56,145 nucleotides of DNA, from the sequence record PZ386950.1; one strand, 5' to 3'. This document shows, piece by piece, positions 45,895 to 54,689 of this stretch. The position numbers were made by a program, and so were the translations under genes. The DNA comes from a phage. Position 1 is the stretch's first letter. Each line of letters opens with the position of its first letter. The notes beneath the pieces were generated by a model. The model did no database searches. It was given only the letters and a program-made list of their open reading frames with translations, and was not told where the DNA came from.

Positions 45895-46662
45895 ATGGCT
45901 AACATTAACTCCCTTCGCAAGCTGTCTGATACCGATAAAACCAACGTAAAACGTGGTAATGCATATCGTATTGATCCGCGTATCATCAAGATTCGCCCTG
46001 GTCATAATCCACGTGGTGTGTTTACCGACAACTACTGGGAAACTGAAGCAGCACTGGCACACATTGAAAACTTTCGTCAGGCTTATACCAACGGCGATTT
46101 CGTTCCACCGATCGTGGTACAGGTTGTTGATGGTGTTCCTTATGTTCAGGATGGTGAGCATCGTTTACGTGGCGTATTGGCAGCTATTGAGGCCGGGACG
46201 CCGATTCTGACAGTAGACGTTGTTGAATCGTCCGGTGACGAACTACAACAGACCCTGACACTGTTAAAAGGTAATGAAGGTAAACCGTGGTCCCCTGTTG
46301 AACGTGCTGTTATTTACGGTCGTTTCCGTTCATATGGCATGAGTGTTGAGCAGATTGCTACACAAGTCGGTAAAACCGTTCAGCACGTTTACGAACAACT
46401 GAATATTCTTGATATGCCGCTGGAACTTAAACGTCGTATTCAGAACGGTGAAATCAGCGCATCAGCAGCCATACGCCAGTTCAAAGCAGGTGATAAAGAA
46501 CCAGTAATAACGCGTCGTCCGCCTGCTAAACTGGTACGATCTGCAGTGGAAGCAATCCGTGGTGAATGGTCTGTAACCCGCCAGGAAGGTGGTAAAGTCC
46601 TGGTTGAACTTACCGCTGAACAGTTCGAAGCGTTAAAAGCACTGAAGGAGCACCAGTTATGA
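45895..46662 (+). CDS. ParB-like nuclease domain protein
   Basis: VQDGEHRLRG motif and HTH-like middle region. Confidence 0.6.
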   Translation: MANINSLRKLSDTDKTNVKRGNAYRIDPRIIKIRPGHNPRGVFTDNYWETEAALAHIENFRQAYTNGDFVPPIVVQVVDGVPYVQDGEHRLRGVLAAIEAGTPILTVDVVESSGDELQQTLTLLKGNEGKPWSPVERAVIYGRFRSYGMSVEQIATQVGKTVQHVYEQLNILDMPLELKRRIQNGEISASAAIRQFKAGDKEPVITRRPPAKLVRSAVEAIRGEWSVTRQEGGKVLVELTAEQFEALKALKEHQL

Positions 46663-47003
46663 TTATTAACAAACAACAACTGCGTGACGATATTAAAAAG
46701 CGCAAAAATTTACCTGAACCGGGTATTAGTGTTGAAGAAACTTTTCAACGTATACAAATCATCGCTGAAACACAAAAAAGTTTCACACCAGAAATCGTTG
46801 AAGCGCTGTTGGACGAAATTAAATTTAAAGATGTTCGAATCGCTGAACTTACAGATGCTCTTATGCAAATGGTTAATGCATATAAGCGTATTATTCACGA
46901 TGGTTACAATCGTATTGTTGAATATGGGGGGGGTGATTGTGATTCACCGGAAGAAATGATTTCAAGAGAACCGGATATCAACAAAGCGCTAAAAGCATTG
47001 TAA
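46659..47003 (+). CDS. hypothetical protein
   Basis: 114-aa ORF, ATGA overlap. Confidence 0.5.
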   Translation: MIINKQQLRDDIKKRKNLPEPGISVEETFQRIQIIAETQKSFTPEIVEALLDEIKFKDVRIAELTDALMQMVNAYKRIIHDGYNRIVEYGGGDCDSPEEMISREPDINKALKAL

Positions 47004-47017
47004 GAAGGAGACTAGTT

Positions 47018-47221
47018 ATGAAAAACCGCAAGGCAAAGATTCTGTTAGTTCGTAGAAACGGTCCCGGCGTCTGGCAGTGGGTAAGACTCAGCAACCGACG
47101 AATGGGGTTGATGAAATATTACGGGATGATGGATTGTGGTTTTTGCAAAAAGCCCAGCGCGGCGCAAAACCGCTGGAAAAACCACCGGCACCCTAAAGGA
47201 GACAGAATTTATGTCAGATAA
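47018..47221 (+). CDS. hypothetical small protein
   Basis: RBS AAGGAG 8 nt upstream. Confidence 0.5.
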   Translation: MKNRKAKILLVRRNGPGVWQWVRLSNRRMGLMKYYGMMDCGFCKKPSAAQNRWKNHRHPKGDRIYVR

Positions 47222-47372
47222 CTTAACACCAATTTACGGTACGTTGACCTGTCGTTCTAAATTTAAACCGTTGACAAAAGAAGAAGAACGTCAGTGTAAG
47301 TTCAATAACAGTTTTCCCAGCGTTAATGAAAATCGTTGGATTGCTAAACTAACCGGGAGTAAAAAGAAATGA
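47211..47372 (+). CDS. hypothetical small protein
   Basis: ATG 47211 with RBS AAGGAG. Confidence 0.4.
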   Translation: MSDNLTPIYGTLTCRSKFKPLTKEEERQCKFNNSFPSVNENRWIAKLTGSKKK

Positions 47373-47632
47373 CTAAAATCTACGTTACAAAATATGCGTT
47401 AACAACTGGTATTTTCAGTGTAGATGCTAAAATAAAATCAGATGGTACAAGTGCAACTTTCGACGACAAAAGAAACATGCGACAGTTTGTTTATGGTAAA
47501 GATTTTTGGTTGACACCGGAAGAGGCTTTTATTGATTGCGAGCGCCGTCGAATAAACAAATTAAAATCTCTGGAGAAACAGAAACAAAAAGTTGAAAGTT
47601 TAAACTTTCAACTTATTAAGGAACATTTATGA
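47369..47632 (+). CDS. hypothetical protein
   Basis: ATGA overlap chain. Confidence 0.45.
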   Translation: MTKIYVTKYALTTGIFSVDAKIKSDGTSATFDDKRNMRQFVYGKDFWLTPEEAFIDCERRRINKLKSLEKQKQKVESLNFQLIKEHL

Positions 47633-47853
47633 CTATCAGACTGATGAATCCAACCGTTGCCCGTGATATTAAACCGGGTGACAAGATTGAAGTATTTAAC
47701 GAATGGTACTGGGTGCGCTATATCAATTACCACGGGTCACAGATTACGCTTCGTTTACAACCGGAAGATGAACCGCTATCACCATTTTGTGAAAACGACC
47801 GTGTTGTGGTGACAGTACCAGAAGATCTAATGATTGATGTCGAGGTGCGTTAA
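47629..47853 (+). CDS. hypothetical protein
   Basis: ATGA overlap chain. Confidence 0.45.
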   Translation: MTIRLMNPTVARDIKPGDKIEVFNEWYWVRYINYHGSQITLRLQPEDEPLSPFCENDRVVVTVPEDLMIDVEVR

Positions 47854-48105
47854 ATGACTGTGTACGAAATGGAATATTTTCTTCGTGGTAAATGTGTTCC
47901 GGGTGATTTGAAAGTTAACGAAACAAACGCTGAATATCTGGTGCGTAAATTAACACTTGTGGATCAACAACTGGAAGCACTGGATAAACTAGCAGGTCAA
48001 TTTCTACAATTATCAATGGAACGTGGCGGTCGTGTTTCAACCGCGTATGCTGAGTGTGCTGATTTGTTGGCTAGAACTGTTCGCGACATAAGGAAAAACA
48101 CATGA
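47854..48105 (+). CDS. hypothetical protein
   Basis: TAAATG junction. Confidence 0.45.
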   Translation: MTVYEMEYFLRGKCVPGDLKVNETNAEYLVRKLTLVDQQLEALDKLAGQFLQLSMERGGRVSTAYAECADLLARTVRDIRKNT

Positions 48106-48308
48106 ATACTAACGATTATTTATATCTTGTATTAGTTCCAATTGCTGAGGTATTCAGATCACGTTTTCCGAAGGGTTCTGCGCCTTTTAGTGCTATTCGT
48201 AACAATAAAACCTGTCGCGTTAAATTTACAAGCAAACGGCTTGAAAAAGAATGGCAGGAATTTTGTAAAAATAACGAATTGAAAAATGATCCAAAACTGG
48301 AATACTAA
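48102..48308 (+). CDS. hypothetical protein
   Basis: RBS AAGGAAA. Confidence 0.45.
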   Translation: MNTNDYLYLVLVPIAEVFRSRFPKGSAPFSAIRNNKTCRVKFTSKRLEKEWQEFCKNNELKNDPKLEY

Positions 48309-48537
48309 CAGGTTCCCTCGTAACGGTTTGAAGTGGTCCGCACGAGATCTGGTGTTATTAAAAATTAATGCGGGGAAGATCAGTGCGGGCGAAATAGCGT
48401 ATTACCTTCGCCGGGACGTTGAAGCGTCACGTCTCGGTATATCACTGGTAACCAATAAATGTAAACGTGGTCATGCGCGAGTTTACCAAAAAGGTAGATG
48501 GCGCTGTCCTGAGTGTAGAAAATTAAAAGGGTATTAA
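48286..48537 (+). CDS. hypothetical protein with C-terminal zinc ribbon
   Basis: CKRGH ... CPECRK; start uncertain. Confidence 0.4.
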   Translation: MIQNWNTNRFPRNGLKWSARDLVLLKINAGKISAGEIAYYLRRDVEASRLGISLVTNKCKRGHARVYQKGRWRCPECRKLKGY

Positions 48538-48539
48538 AT

Positions 48540-48773
48540 ATGAAAATTAAAAATATGGCTGCAAGTGGTCTGTCAGGCCGTATCTTTTACGGTACGATGG
48601 AAACAAAAGACGGTGGTCAGTCTGGTAAATGGTTAGCAGGAAAGCAAGACGTTACTGATATGGCGATCCGCGCCGTTGCTGAACATTGTCATCTGACAGG
48701 AAACGAATATTCATTTACTATTAACGACGGTCGTGTGATTACACTGACAGTAACAGAGGTACAACCATCATGA
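48540..48773 (+). CDS. hypothetical protein
   Basis: 77-aa ORF. Confidence 0.45.
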   Translation: MKIKNMAASGLSGRIFYGTMETKDGGQSGKWLAGKQDVTDMAIRAVAEHCHLTGNEYSFTINDGRVITLTVTEVQPS

Positions 48774-49339
48774 CACCTGAACAATTTGCAAAAGCAGCAC
48801 ACGGTGATCAACTGCGTAAATATACCAACGACCCATATGTTAACCACTGCCGGAACGTTGCTGAACTGGTTAAACGCTATGGTGGTACGCCGGATATGGT
48901 TACTGCTGCCTGGCTGCATGACGTCGTTGAAGATACGCCCGTGACCGTGGGTGATGTGTGTTCGCAGTTCGGTGAGACTGTGGCACGTTATGTTGATCAG
49001 CTTACTGATGTGAGTCGTCCACACCACGGCAACCGTGTTAAGCGTAAAGCACGGGACATCGACCATTTATCACGGGCTGAACCTGTGGTGAAAACTATAA
49101 AACTGTGTGATCTGCTGGATAACACCTCTTCAATTGTCCGACACGATCCGAAGTTTGCTGTAACTTACCTGGCTGAAAAACAACTCATGCTTGCTCATCT
49201 GTCAGACGCAAGCAACCAGGAGTTATACGCGCTTGTTGAGCGTGAATTGTTTAAAGCCAAATACAAACTAACGAACGTCCAGTTGACCGCGTTTGACAAG
49301 CACTACGACGCACTGGTTAAAGCGATGGGGAATCTGTGA
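48770..49339 (+). CDS. HD-domain phosphohydrolase, SpoT/Mesh1-like (putative (p)ppGpp hydrolase)
   Basis: HGDQLRKYTNDPYVNH ... AAWLHDVVEDT matches the RelA/SpoT hydrolase-domain signature. Confidence 0.65.
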   Translation: MTPEQFAKAAHGDQLRKYTNDPYVNHCRNVAELVKRYGGTPDMVTAAWLHDVVEDTPVTVGDVCSQFGETVARYVDQLTDVSRPHHGNRVKRKARDIDHLSRAEPVVKTIKLCDLLDNTSSIVRHDPKFAVTYLAEKQLMLAHLSDASNQELYALVERELFKAKYKLTNVQLTAFDKHYDALVKAMGNL

Positions 49340-49341
49340 TT

Positions 49342-49512
49342 ATGAAAGAAATAGAACAACTGGTTGAACGTTTACGTGCTGCTGGTCATCAACTTACTGT
49401 TGAAAATAACTGGATAGTGGTTAACCCACCATGTTCTTTATCTGATACGCTTTTAATTCAGAAATTGAATAAAGGTGAAAAACTGGCTAAGTATATTAAG
49501 GAAAATCCGTAA
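49342..49512 (+). CDS. hypothetical small protein (56 aa)
   Basis: ATG 49342, TAATG overlap downstream; not in track. Confidence 0.3.
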   Translation: MKEIEQLVERLRAAGHQLTVENNWIVVNPPCSLSDTLLIQKLNKGEKLAKYIKENP

Positions 49513-49652
49513 TGAAACTAAAAATTCCCGGTTACTGGTTCGCCGTAAGCTGGAACAGTTACAGTAAGTGGGGTTATTTCAAACTGTGGCATGACGGGCC
49601 GTACCGCGCGTTCTGGATCGGTCGTCTTTGTTTCGAATGGTGGTGGCGATGA
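49512..49652 (+). CDS. hypothetical small Trp-rich protein (46 aa)
   Basis: coupled by overlaps on both sides; not in track. Confidence 0.3.
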   Translation: MKLKIPGYWFAVSWNSYSKWGYFKLWHDGPYRAFWIGRLCFEWWWR

Positions 49653-49936
49653 CCATAAGACGTGTTGTGTGTGCGGCAAATAAATATGAGCTTAACGACG
49701 GTTCAACTAAAATTTTCACGGGTATTCGTCACTATTGTCCCGTTATGCGTCAGAATATGGAATTCTGGAAATTATCCATCAAACGTTCTACAGAAATACA
49801 AGGCTTTGTAGATCAGTATGGTGTTTTTATGGACCGTTTTGAAGCACTTCAGGTTGCAAAAGATGCCGGGCAACTGAATATTGCCAGACCAAAAACATCA
49901 CCTGAAGATCGGTTGTTTAGCGAGGACTTATACTAA
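49649..49936 (+). CDS. hypothetical protein
   Basis: trimmed to ATG 49649 in ATGA overlap. Confidence 0.45.
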   Translation: MTIRRVVCAANKYELNDGSTKIFTGIRHYCPVMRQNMEFWKLSIKRSTEIQGFVDQYGVFMDRFEALQVAKDAGQLNIARPKTSPEDRLFSEDLY

Positions 49937-49966
49937 CAAAAAGCGGGGATAATTACCCCGCTATCT

Positions 49967-50764
49967 TTATTGACCCATCATATCTTTATACATCATCAAA
50001 ACAATATCATCCGGCATATTGTCTACATCACAATGTGGGTTGTGTGATAACGCATACAGTCTGATTTTCTCCTTCAAATCGCTGACATCGACTACAGGTG
50101 CTTCCACTCGTGTTACAGGTGCTTCCACTCGTGTTACAGGTGGAAGCACTCGTGTTACAGGTGGTTCCACTCGTGCTACAGGTGCTTCCACTCGTGCTAC
50201 AGGTGCTTCACAAACCATCACATTAAACGGTGTACCGGTGCCTTCGTATTTTTCAAGCAAATCGACCATTACGTTTACACATTCCGGGATCCATCCCCGG
50301 CGCAAACCATTCTGAATCCAACTGTCAGTAATTGTGTGTTCGTTTAAATTCCTGCGTAGCACATATCTTGCACATTCAAAATTACCGCACATCGCCTCAA
50401 ACCGTGTCCACACGTCGTGACCGTGAACAGCTTCCAGGATCTGTGAATCAACGTATCTGACACGTTGCCAGTAGTTATTAGCAAAACGCCTGTGTGGTAA
50501 TTTCTGACGCAGTTCGGTAACCGGTATTGTGTGTTTAAGAACAATGTTTTCGTCAGAATGTTGTACTGACGAAGGTGACAGTGTGAAGTCAGTAATCTCT
50601 TCAAGAATAATACTGATCGTTTCATATTTAGGATGAAACCTACCGCTTAACCATTGGTTGTAACGACCAATGGTTACCTTAACACCTCGACGATTAAGGT
50701 ATTCAACAGCATTTTGTACCCCGCCTTTTAAATCTATCAATTCGTCTAAAAGGTTCTTTTTCAT
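49967..50764 (-). CDS. hypothetical protein with EAPVARV tandem repeats
   Basis: ATG 50764 with perfect RBS AAGGAGG; divergent from terS across the iteron region. Confidence 0.55.
   Translation of the reverse strand: MKKNLLDELIDLKGGVQNAVEYLNRRGVKVTIGRYNQWLSGRFHPKYETISIILEEITDFTLSPSSVQHSDENIVLKHTIPVTELRQKLPHRRFANNYWQRVRYVDSQILEAVHGHDVWTRFEAMCGNFECARYVLRRNLNEHTITDSWIQNGLRRGWIPECVNVMVDLLEKYEGTGTPFNVMVCEAPVARVEAPVARVEPPVTRVLPPVTRVEAPVTRVEAPVVDVSDLKEKIRLYALSHNPHCDVDNMPDDIVLMMYKDMMGQ
50092..50212 (-). repeat. 21-bp coding tandem repeat (about 6 copies)
   Basis: acaggtgcttccactcgtgtt repeated with point variants. Confidence 0.85.
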
Positions 50765-50809
50765 TATCACCCCTCCTTATTTGACCACGGATAAATCATA
50801 ACGCGCGTT

Positions 50810-50980
50810 AGCAGCTAGTGCAAGACGTGCTTTATATGTTAGTGTATTTACACTTAGTGCATGTTGTGCTTTAGCAGTTAGTGCAAGATGCACGTTGTGT
50901 ATTAGCTGTTAGTGCACGTTGTGTATCTATGTTGGTACAGCTAATGCACGTTGTGAATTATATAGTGCATGTTGTGCATT
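50810..50980. repeat. iteron array TTAGTGCAYGTTGTG (about 6 copies)
   Basis: ctagtgcaagacgtgc, ttagtgcatgttgtgc, ttagtgcaagatgcacgttgtg, ttagtgcacgttgtg, ctaatgcacgttgtg, tagtgcatgttgtgc. Confidence 0.8.
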
Positions 50981-50984
50981 AAAG

Positions 50985-51125
50985 TTATACTTAACATAGA
51001 TTTCGTCATGTTTACTTTTTAACCAACCCCTCTCTATCTTATTCTTTTTATTATCTTTTTATAGATAACATAGAAAACATAGATATAAATAAGAAGTAGT
51101 ATAGAAAAATAGAGATAGTGCATAT
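50985..51125. repeat. AT-rich element copy B
   Basis: near-identical to 11620-11760; followed by further iteron copies at 51117-51310. Confidence 0.8.
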
Positions 51126-51374
51126 AGTGTATTAGCTGTAAATAGAGCTAAAATAAAAGTCTGGGAGATACCTATTGTAATCTATGTTTTTATGCAAGTC
51201 TTTGAAATTATTGTGATTATTGGATACGTATTTATGTATGTGATCGAAAATTAGTGCATGTTGTGCACTAACTGTAAACTTAATACTAACGTTGTATTAG
51301 CTGTAAAACAGGGCGTGTGGACAACCCGTGGGTATCTGTGGGAAACTAATTTAAAATTTATGGGAGACAAATTT

Positions 51375-52010
51375 ATGAAAATTTCAGACCGGGCTAAAAG
51401 GGCTGCTCTGGAGTTAACAACCGATCAACTCCGTTTCGCTAACCTGTGGTTAGATCGTGTCAATAACGGCTTCAGCAACGCTCAGTGCGTCTTACACGCT
51501 TATCCGGGACATAAAGACCCTGACGCAGCTAAAGTCACCGCACATCGCCTCCTGTCGAATACGAAGGTGTTGAACTATCTGGACGCGATGGGAAGTCATG
51601 CGCTTGAGTCTGTCGGGGAATCGTTAACGAGTCGTGTCGAGTGGTGGAAACGAGCGGCAAGTACGGCTGAAGAATTACTGGAACCGTATTGTCAACGTGT
51701 CATCGTTCCTGGCGAAGACGACACAGAAGCGAAACACCTGTGGGTGAACAGTACCGGCGATATCCCCAGCCATCTGCAACAGTACGTAGTTTGCTACAAA
51801 CGTTACATGCTGGGTGGATACATTCTGGTGACACGTGAACTGTTCGATCCGAAAACTCGTGCAAAAGCGTCTGAACAACTGGATAAGATCACCGGGAACA
51901 GTATCGACCGTGTGGAATTGTCTGGCGTGGTTGGTAACGTGGTTCAGAGTGTTCCTGAAGGTGCAACTATCGACGACATCGCGCAATTGTATCAGAAGGC
52001 GCTTAAATAA
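51375..52010 (+). CDS. terS: terminase small subunit
   Basis: trimmed to ATG 51375 (RBS GGGAGA); N-terminal HTH-like region FANLWLDRVNNGFSNAQCVLHAY resembles small-terminase DNA-binding domains. Confidence 0.65.
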   Translation: MKISDRAKRAALELTTDQLRFANLWLDRVNNGFSNAQCVLHAYPGHKDPDAAKVTAHRLLSNTKVLNYLDAMGSHALESVGESLTSRVEWWKRAASTAEELLEPYCQRVIVPGEDDTEAKHLWVNSTGDIPSHLQQYVVCYKRYMLGGYILVTRELFDPKTRAKASEQLDKITGNSIDRVELSGVVGNVVQSVPEGATIDDIAQLYQKALK

Positions 52011-52108
52011 CGCCGGAAACCGTTTGCGTTTTCGATAAACAGGATAGAGTAGTGCAAGTGTACTGATAAGGGTATTAAGTTCGTCATAGAGCGTTTTAGA
52101 AAGCCCGG

Positions 52109-52312
52109 TTAATTCCGGGCGATATTCTGGAAGTGAACGTAAATCCCAGGCGTACCATCGACAGCTAATTTTTCAAAATCGAATGGTTGTGGTTTTCCGT
52201 TGTCGTCGAAAACTTTTTCAGACTTTTGGTTTACCAGATAACATTTGCCAACAGTAAATAGTTCGCGGTAACGGTCTGCAATTTTTGTAAAACCTGAACA
52301 CTTAACAATCAT
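52109..52312 (-). CDS. hypothetical small protein
   Basis: ATG 52312 with RBS GAGGG. Confidence 0.4.
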   Translation of the reverse strand: MIVKCSGFTKIADRYRELFTVGKCYLVNQKSEKVFDDNGKPQPFDFEKLAVDGTPGIYVHFQNIARN

Positions 52313-52325
52313 GATTACCCTCGTA

Positions 52326-52350
52326 TTAAAAACCCCGGTTAGTTCCGGGG
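52326..52350 (-). terminator. rho-independent terminator (minus strand)
   Basis: stem ccccgg-aactaa-ccgggg followed by ttttt on minus strand. Confidence 0.55.
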
Positions 52351-52359
52351 TAATGTTCA

Positions 52360-52695
52360 TTATTCGCCCAACGCTTCTTTCAACAACCGATACGTTTCAG
52401 GACATTTACCGGATCCGCGTTCACGTTCATAAGCTGCGCTGATTGTGTCCCAGTTTTCAATCACTCCTTTAAACGCCGGACATTTTTCAGCAATCAATGG
52501 AAAACTGTTTCTGATTTCTGGTACAGCTTCAACCAGGAACCAACAACGGCAAAAATCAGCAACATCCCGTGGTGCACGAAATCCCCAGTCGCCATCCATT
52601 TCATTACCTGTGTGAATGCAGACCATCGTTTTAGAACTTAGTCCAGTTTCACCAGAGCATAACCACTGAATAATACGTTCCTGTTCTGTTTTCAT
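52360..52695 (-). CDS. hypothetical protein
   Basis: 111-aa ORF. Confidence 0.5.
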   Translation of the reverse strand: MKTEQERIIQWLCSGETGLSSKTMVCIHTGNEMDGDWGFRAPRDVADFCRCWFLVEAVPEIRNSFPLIAEKCPAFKGVIENWDTISAAYERERGSGKCPETYRLLKEALGE

Positions 52696-52856
52696 TTCAC
52701 ATCACCTTTTAAATATTTATCATCACCCGAAATCCAAAAACGGCTACCAATATTTGGTGCGTTGTCCCACGGCATCTGTTCAGTTACTTCAATTTCAACT
52801 TCTCCGTGTTCATTACGGTTAACGATTTTCACGGGCACACCGTCATAGGTTTTCAT
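52692..52856 (-). CDS. hypothetical small protein (54 aa)
   Basis: ATGA overlaps at both ends; not in track. Confidence 0.35.
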   Translation of the reverse strand: MKTYDGVPVKIVNRNEHGEVEIEVTEQMPWDNAPNIGSRFWISGDDKYLKGDVK

Positions 52857-53767
52857 CGTTTAGTCTCCCCACCCAAAGCCGTGATAAGTTGTTTAATCAG
52901 CGCCTGAAGTTCACCTGTCATTAGTACAAAATCAGCGTCGAATCGTGCCAGACTGTCTTCGCAGTCAATATCGTCGTTCTGGTCGAGCAACCCATCACAG
53001 AACTTCACACGGTTTAACGTCATGTTGTAAGTTAGCGTAAACGTTACCCGTTGCTGCCAGTCCATCGCCAGCTTTGTAACGATTTTCCCGGCTTCAATAT
53101 GCGTGGCTATTTCATCACTGGTTAAATCCTGTTTTTTAACGCGTGCAACACCGCCATCAGTCAGGTTTGCTTTCAGTTCAGCAGAATCACCCATTGTGAA
53201 ACCTGTTGGCGCGTTTCCTGAACGTACCCACTCCGTCATCGTCAGTTCAACAGGGTTTTCCATCGTCAGCGGGACGACTGGCAGACTACCCAGGGGTTTA
53301 CGCAACAGTGCTAATGCGTCTTCAGCCCGTTTAGCACTGGACGCATCAACCACGATTAATCCGTTAGTAATATCAATCCACAACTGTGTACGACTGTTTT
53401 TAACAAATGCTCGTGGTAACAGACTATGCAACACTTCATCTTTCAGTGCGTCTTTCTCTGTTTTCTTCAGCTTACGTGCCTGTTCCGCTTCCAGTTTGAC
53501 GATTCGCGCGTTCAGATGCTGTTTAATGACCGGACCCGGAATAATCTTTTCCTGTTTCTGGATGGTCAGCAAATATTGCCCGTTAGCCTGGTGAACCAGC
53601 GTATGATGTTGTTCAGTTGCCGGAACCCACCCAGTACGCGCCATATCCTGTGAACCACATGGGGTAAACTGAAATGCACACAGGCTGTCTTCCAACGTTG
53701 GTAAATGGGCCATTAATTGCATCGGGTTAGTCAGACGATAAATGATTGCGTTTTTAAAGAAGTTCAT
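52853..53767 (-). CDS. rdgC: recombination-associated protein RdgC
   Basis: [16 protein letters not shown] ... [38 protein letters not shown] near-identical in pattern to E. coli RdgC. Confidence 0.8.
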   Translation of the reverse strand: MNFFKNAIIYRLTNPMQLMAHLPTLEDSLCAFQFTPCGSQDMARTGWVPATEQHHTLVHQANGQYLLTIQKQEKIIPGPVIKQHLNARIVKLEAEQARKLKKTEKDALKDEVLHSLLPRAFVKNSRTQLWIDITNGLIVVDASSAKRAEDALALLRKPLGSLPVVPLTMENPVELTMTEWVRSGNAPTGFTMGDSAELKANLTDGGVARVKKQDLTSDEIATHIEAGKIVTKLAMDWQQRVTFTLTYNMTLNRVKFCDGLLDQNDDIDCEDSLARFDADFVLMTGELQALIKQLITALGGETKR

Positions 53768-53961
53768 AGTTCAATGTCCTGTGGTTTGATAGTAACTTTT
53801 CCGTCAAGAACAACAGTGTTTACACCACTTAGTTTTTGTTCTTCGTATAAATCAAGTTCAACATTAATTCCGACGATTGAGGCTTCGTGTATCGCACAGT
53901 TTAACTGTTTAATGAGGTCTGAAATTCTACGCTGATAATCTTGTGCTTCTGATAGTTTCAT
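53764..53961 (-). CDS. hypothetical small protein
   Basis: 65-aa ORF. Confidence 0.4.
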   Translation of the reverse strand: MKLSEAQDYQRRISDLIKQLNCAIHEASIVGINVELDLYEEQKLSGVNTVVLDGKVTIKPQDIEL

Positions 53962-54109
53962 TTCCTGTTCCTTCTTTTCTTCGCCTCGCGTCTGGCTTTT
54001 GCAATACCTGTTTTACGATGTGGTTGTTTACGGTCAGTAATAATTCCGTATGGTGGGATATCCCACAAAGTGTTAGCGGAACCTAATAATTTAATCATGT
54101 AATCTAAGA

Positions 54110-54403
54110 TCATACGTTCACCACTCTTAAATCGGGTGTCAGGCTACGATGGTCATGATGACCGTTCATAGTAAATGAGAAAGTGTAATCGCACTGCTTA
54201 CCGTCGAACGTGAAGGGGATTTGAAACCCTGTATCGTCAACGATGCGAACTTTAACCGGGTATTCAGCTTGCGGATCGACTGCTACAACAGTGCCGAACG
54301 GTTTAGATTTGCGACGTGCGAGAATTTCTAACAGTCGTGGATTGGTGATTTCTACGTATTGACCAGTTTTAAACATGGCGATAACTCCAGTTGTTTTACA
54401 CAA
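54110..54403 (-). CDS. hypothetical protein
   Basis: 97-aa ORF downstream of promoter copy 10. Confidence 0.45.
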   Translation of the reverse strand: MCKTTGVIAMFKTGQYVEITNPRLLEILARRKSKPFGTVVAVDPQAEYPVKVRIVDDTGFQIPFTFDGKQCDYTFSFTMNGHHDHRSLTPDLRVVNV

Positions 54404-54408
54404 ACTGA

Positions 54409-54450
54409 AGTCTATCTGATAATGTGTAAACCGTCAAGAATTATTTTAAA
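54409..54450 (-). promoter_or_regulatory. sigma70-type promoter with UP element (copy 10)
   Basis: minus-strand TTAAAATAATTCTTGACGGTTTACA. Confidence 0.5.
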
Positions 54451-54627
54451 CTGTCCGTCACTGTCTGCAGCGTAACAAATACCGTGACTGTAGATTGTCG
54501 CAGTTCGTGTAATGCGTTGATAGTCTGAGCATTGGTTACGAACACGAAGGTCATACCCGGACTGTATGATCAGCCAGGTTGCAATAATAGCGAGTAATTT
54601 TAAAACGTATCTGAACATGTTCCGCAC
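54412..54627 (-). CDS. hypothetical small protein
   Basis: 71-aa ORF with hydrophobic N-terminus. Confidence 0.35.
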   Translation of the reverse strand: MRNMFRYVLKLLAIIATWLIIQSGYDLRVRNQCSDYQRITRTATIYSHGICYAADSDGQFKIILDGLHIIR

Positions 54628-54689
54628 TCCTGTTTGATAGTTTCAGGGTAGTGCGGAACTGGTAAGAATGGTATGGGTTTTACAATAAT

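Noticed and set aside
52096-52113. Hairpin gcccggttaattccgggc as a terminator
   Set aside because: It lacks a clear T-run on either strand and overlaps the stop codon of a minus-strand gene; kept only as a member of the hairpin family.
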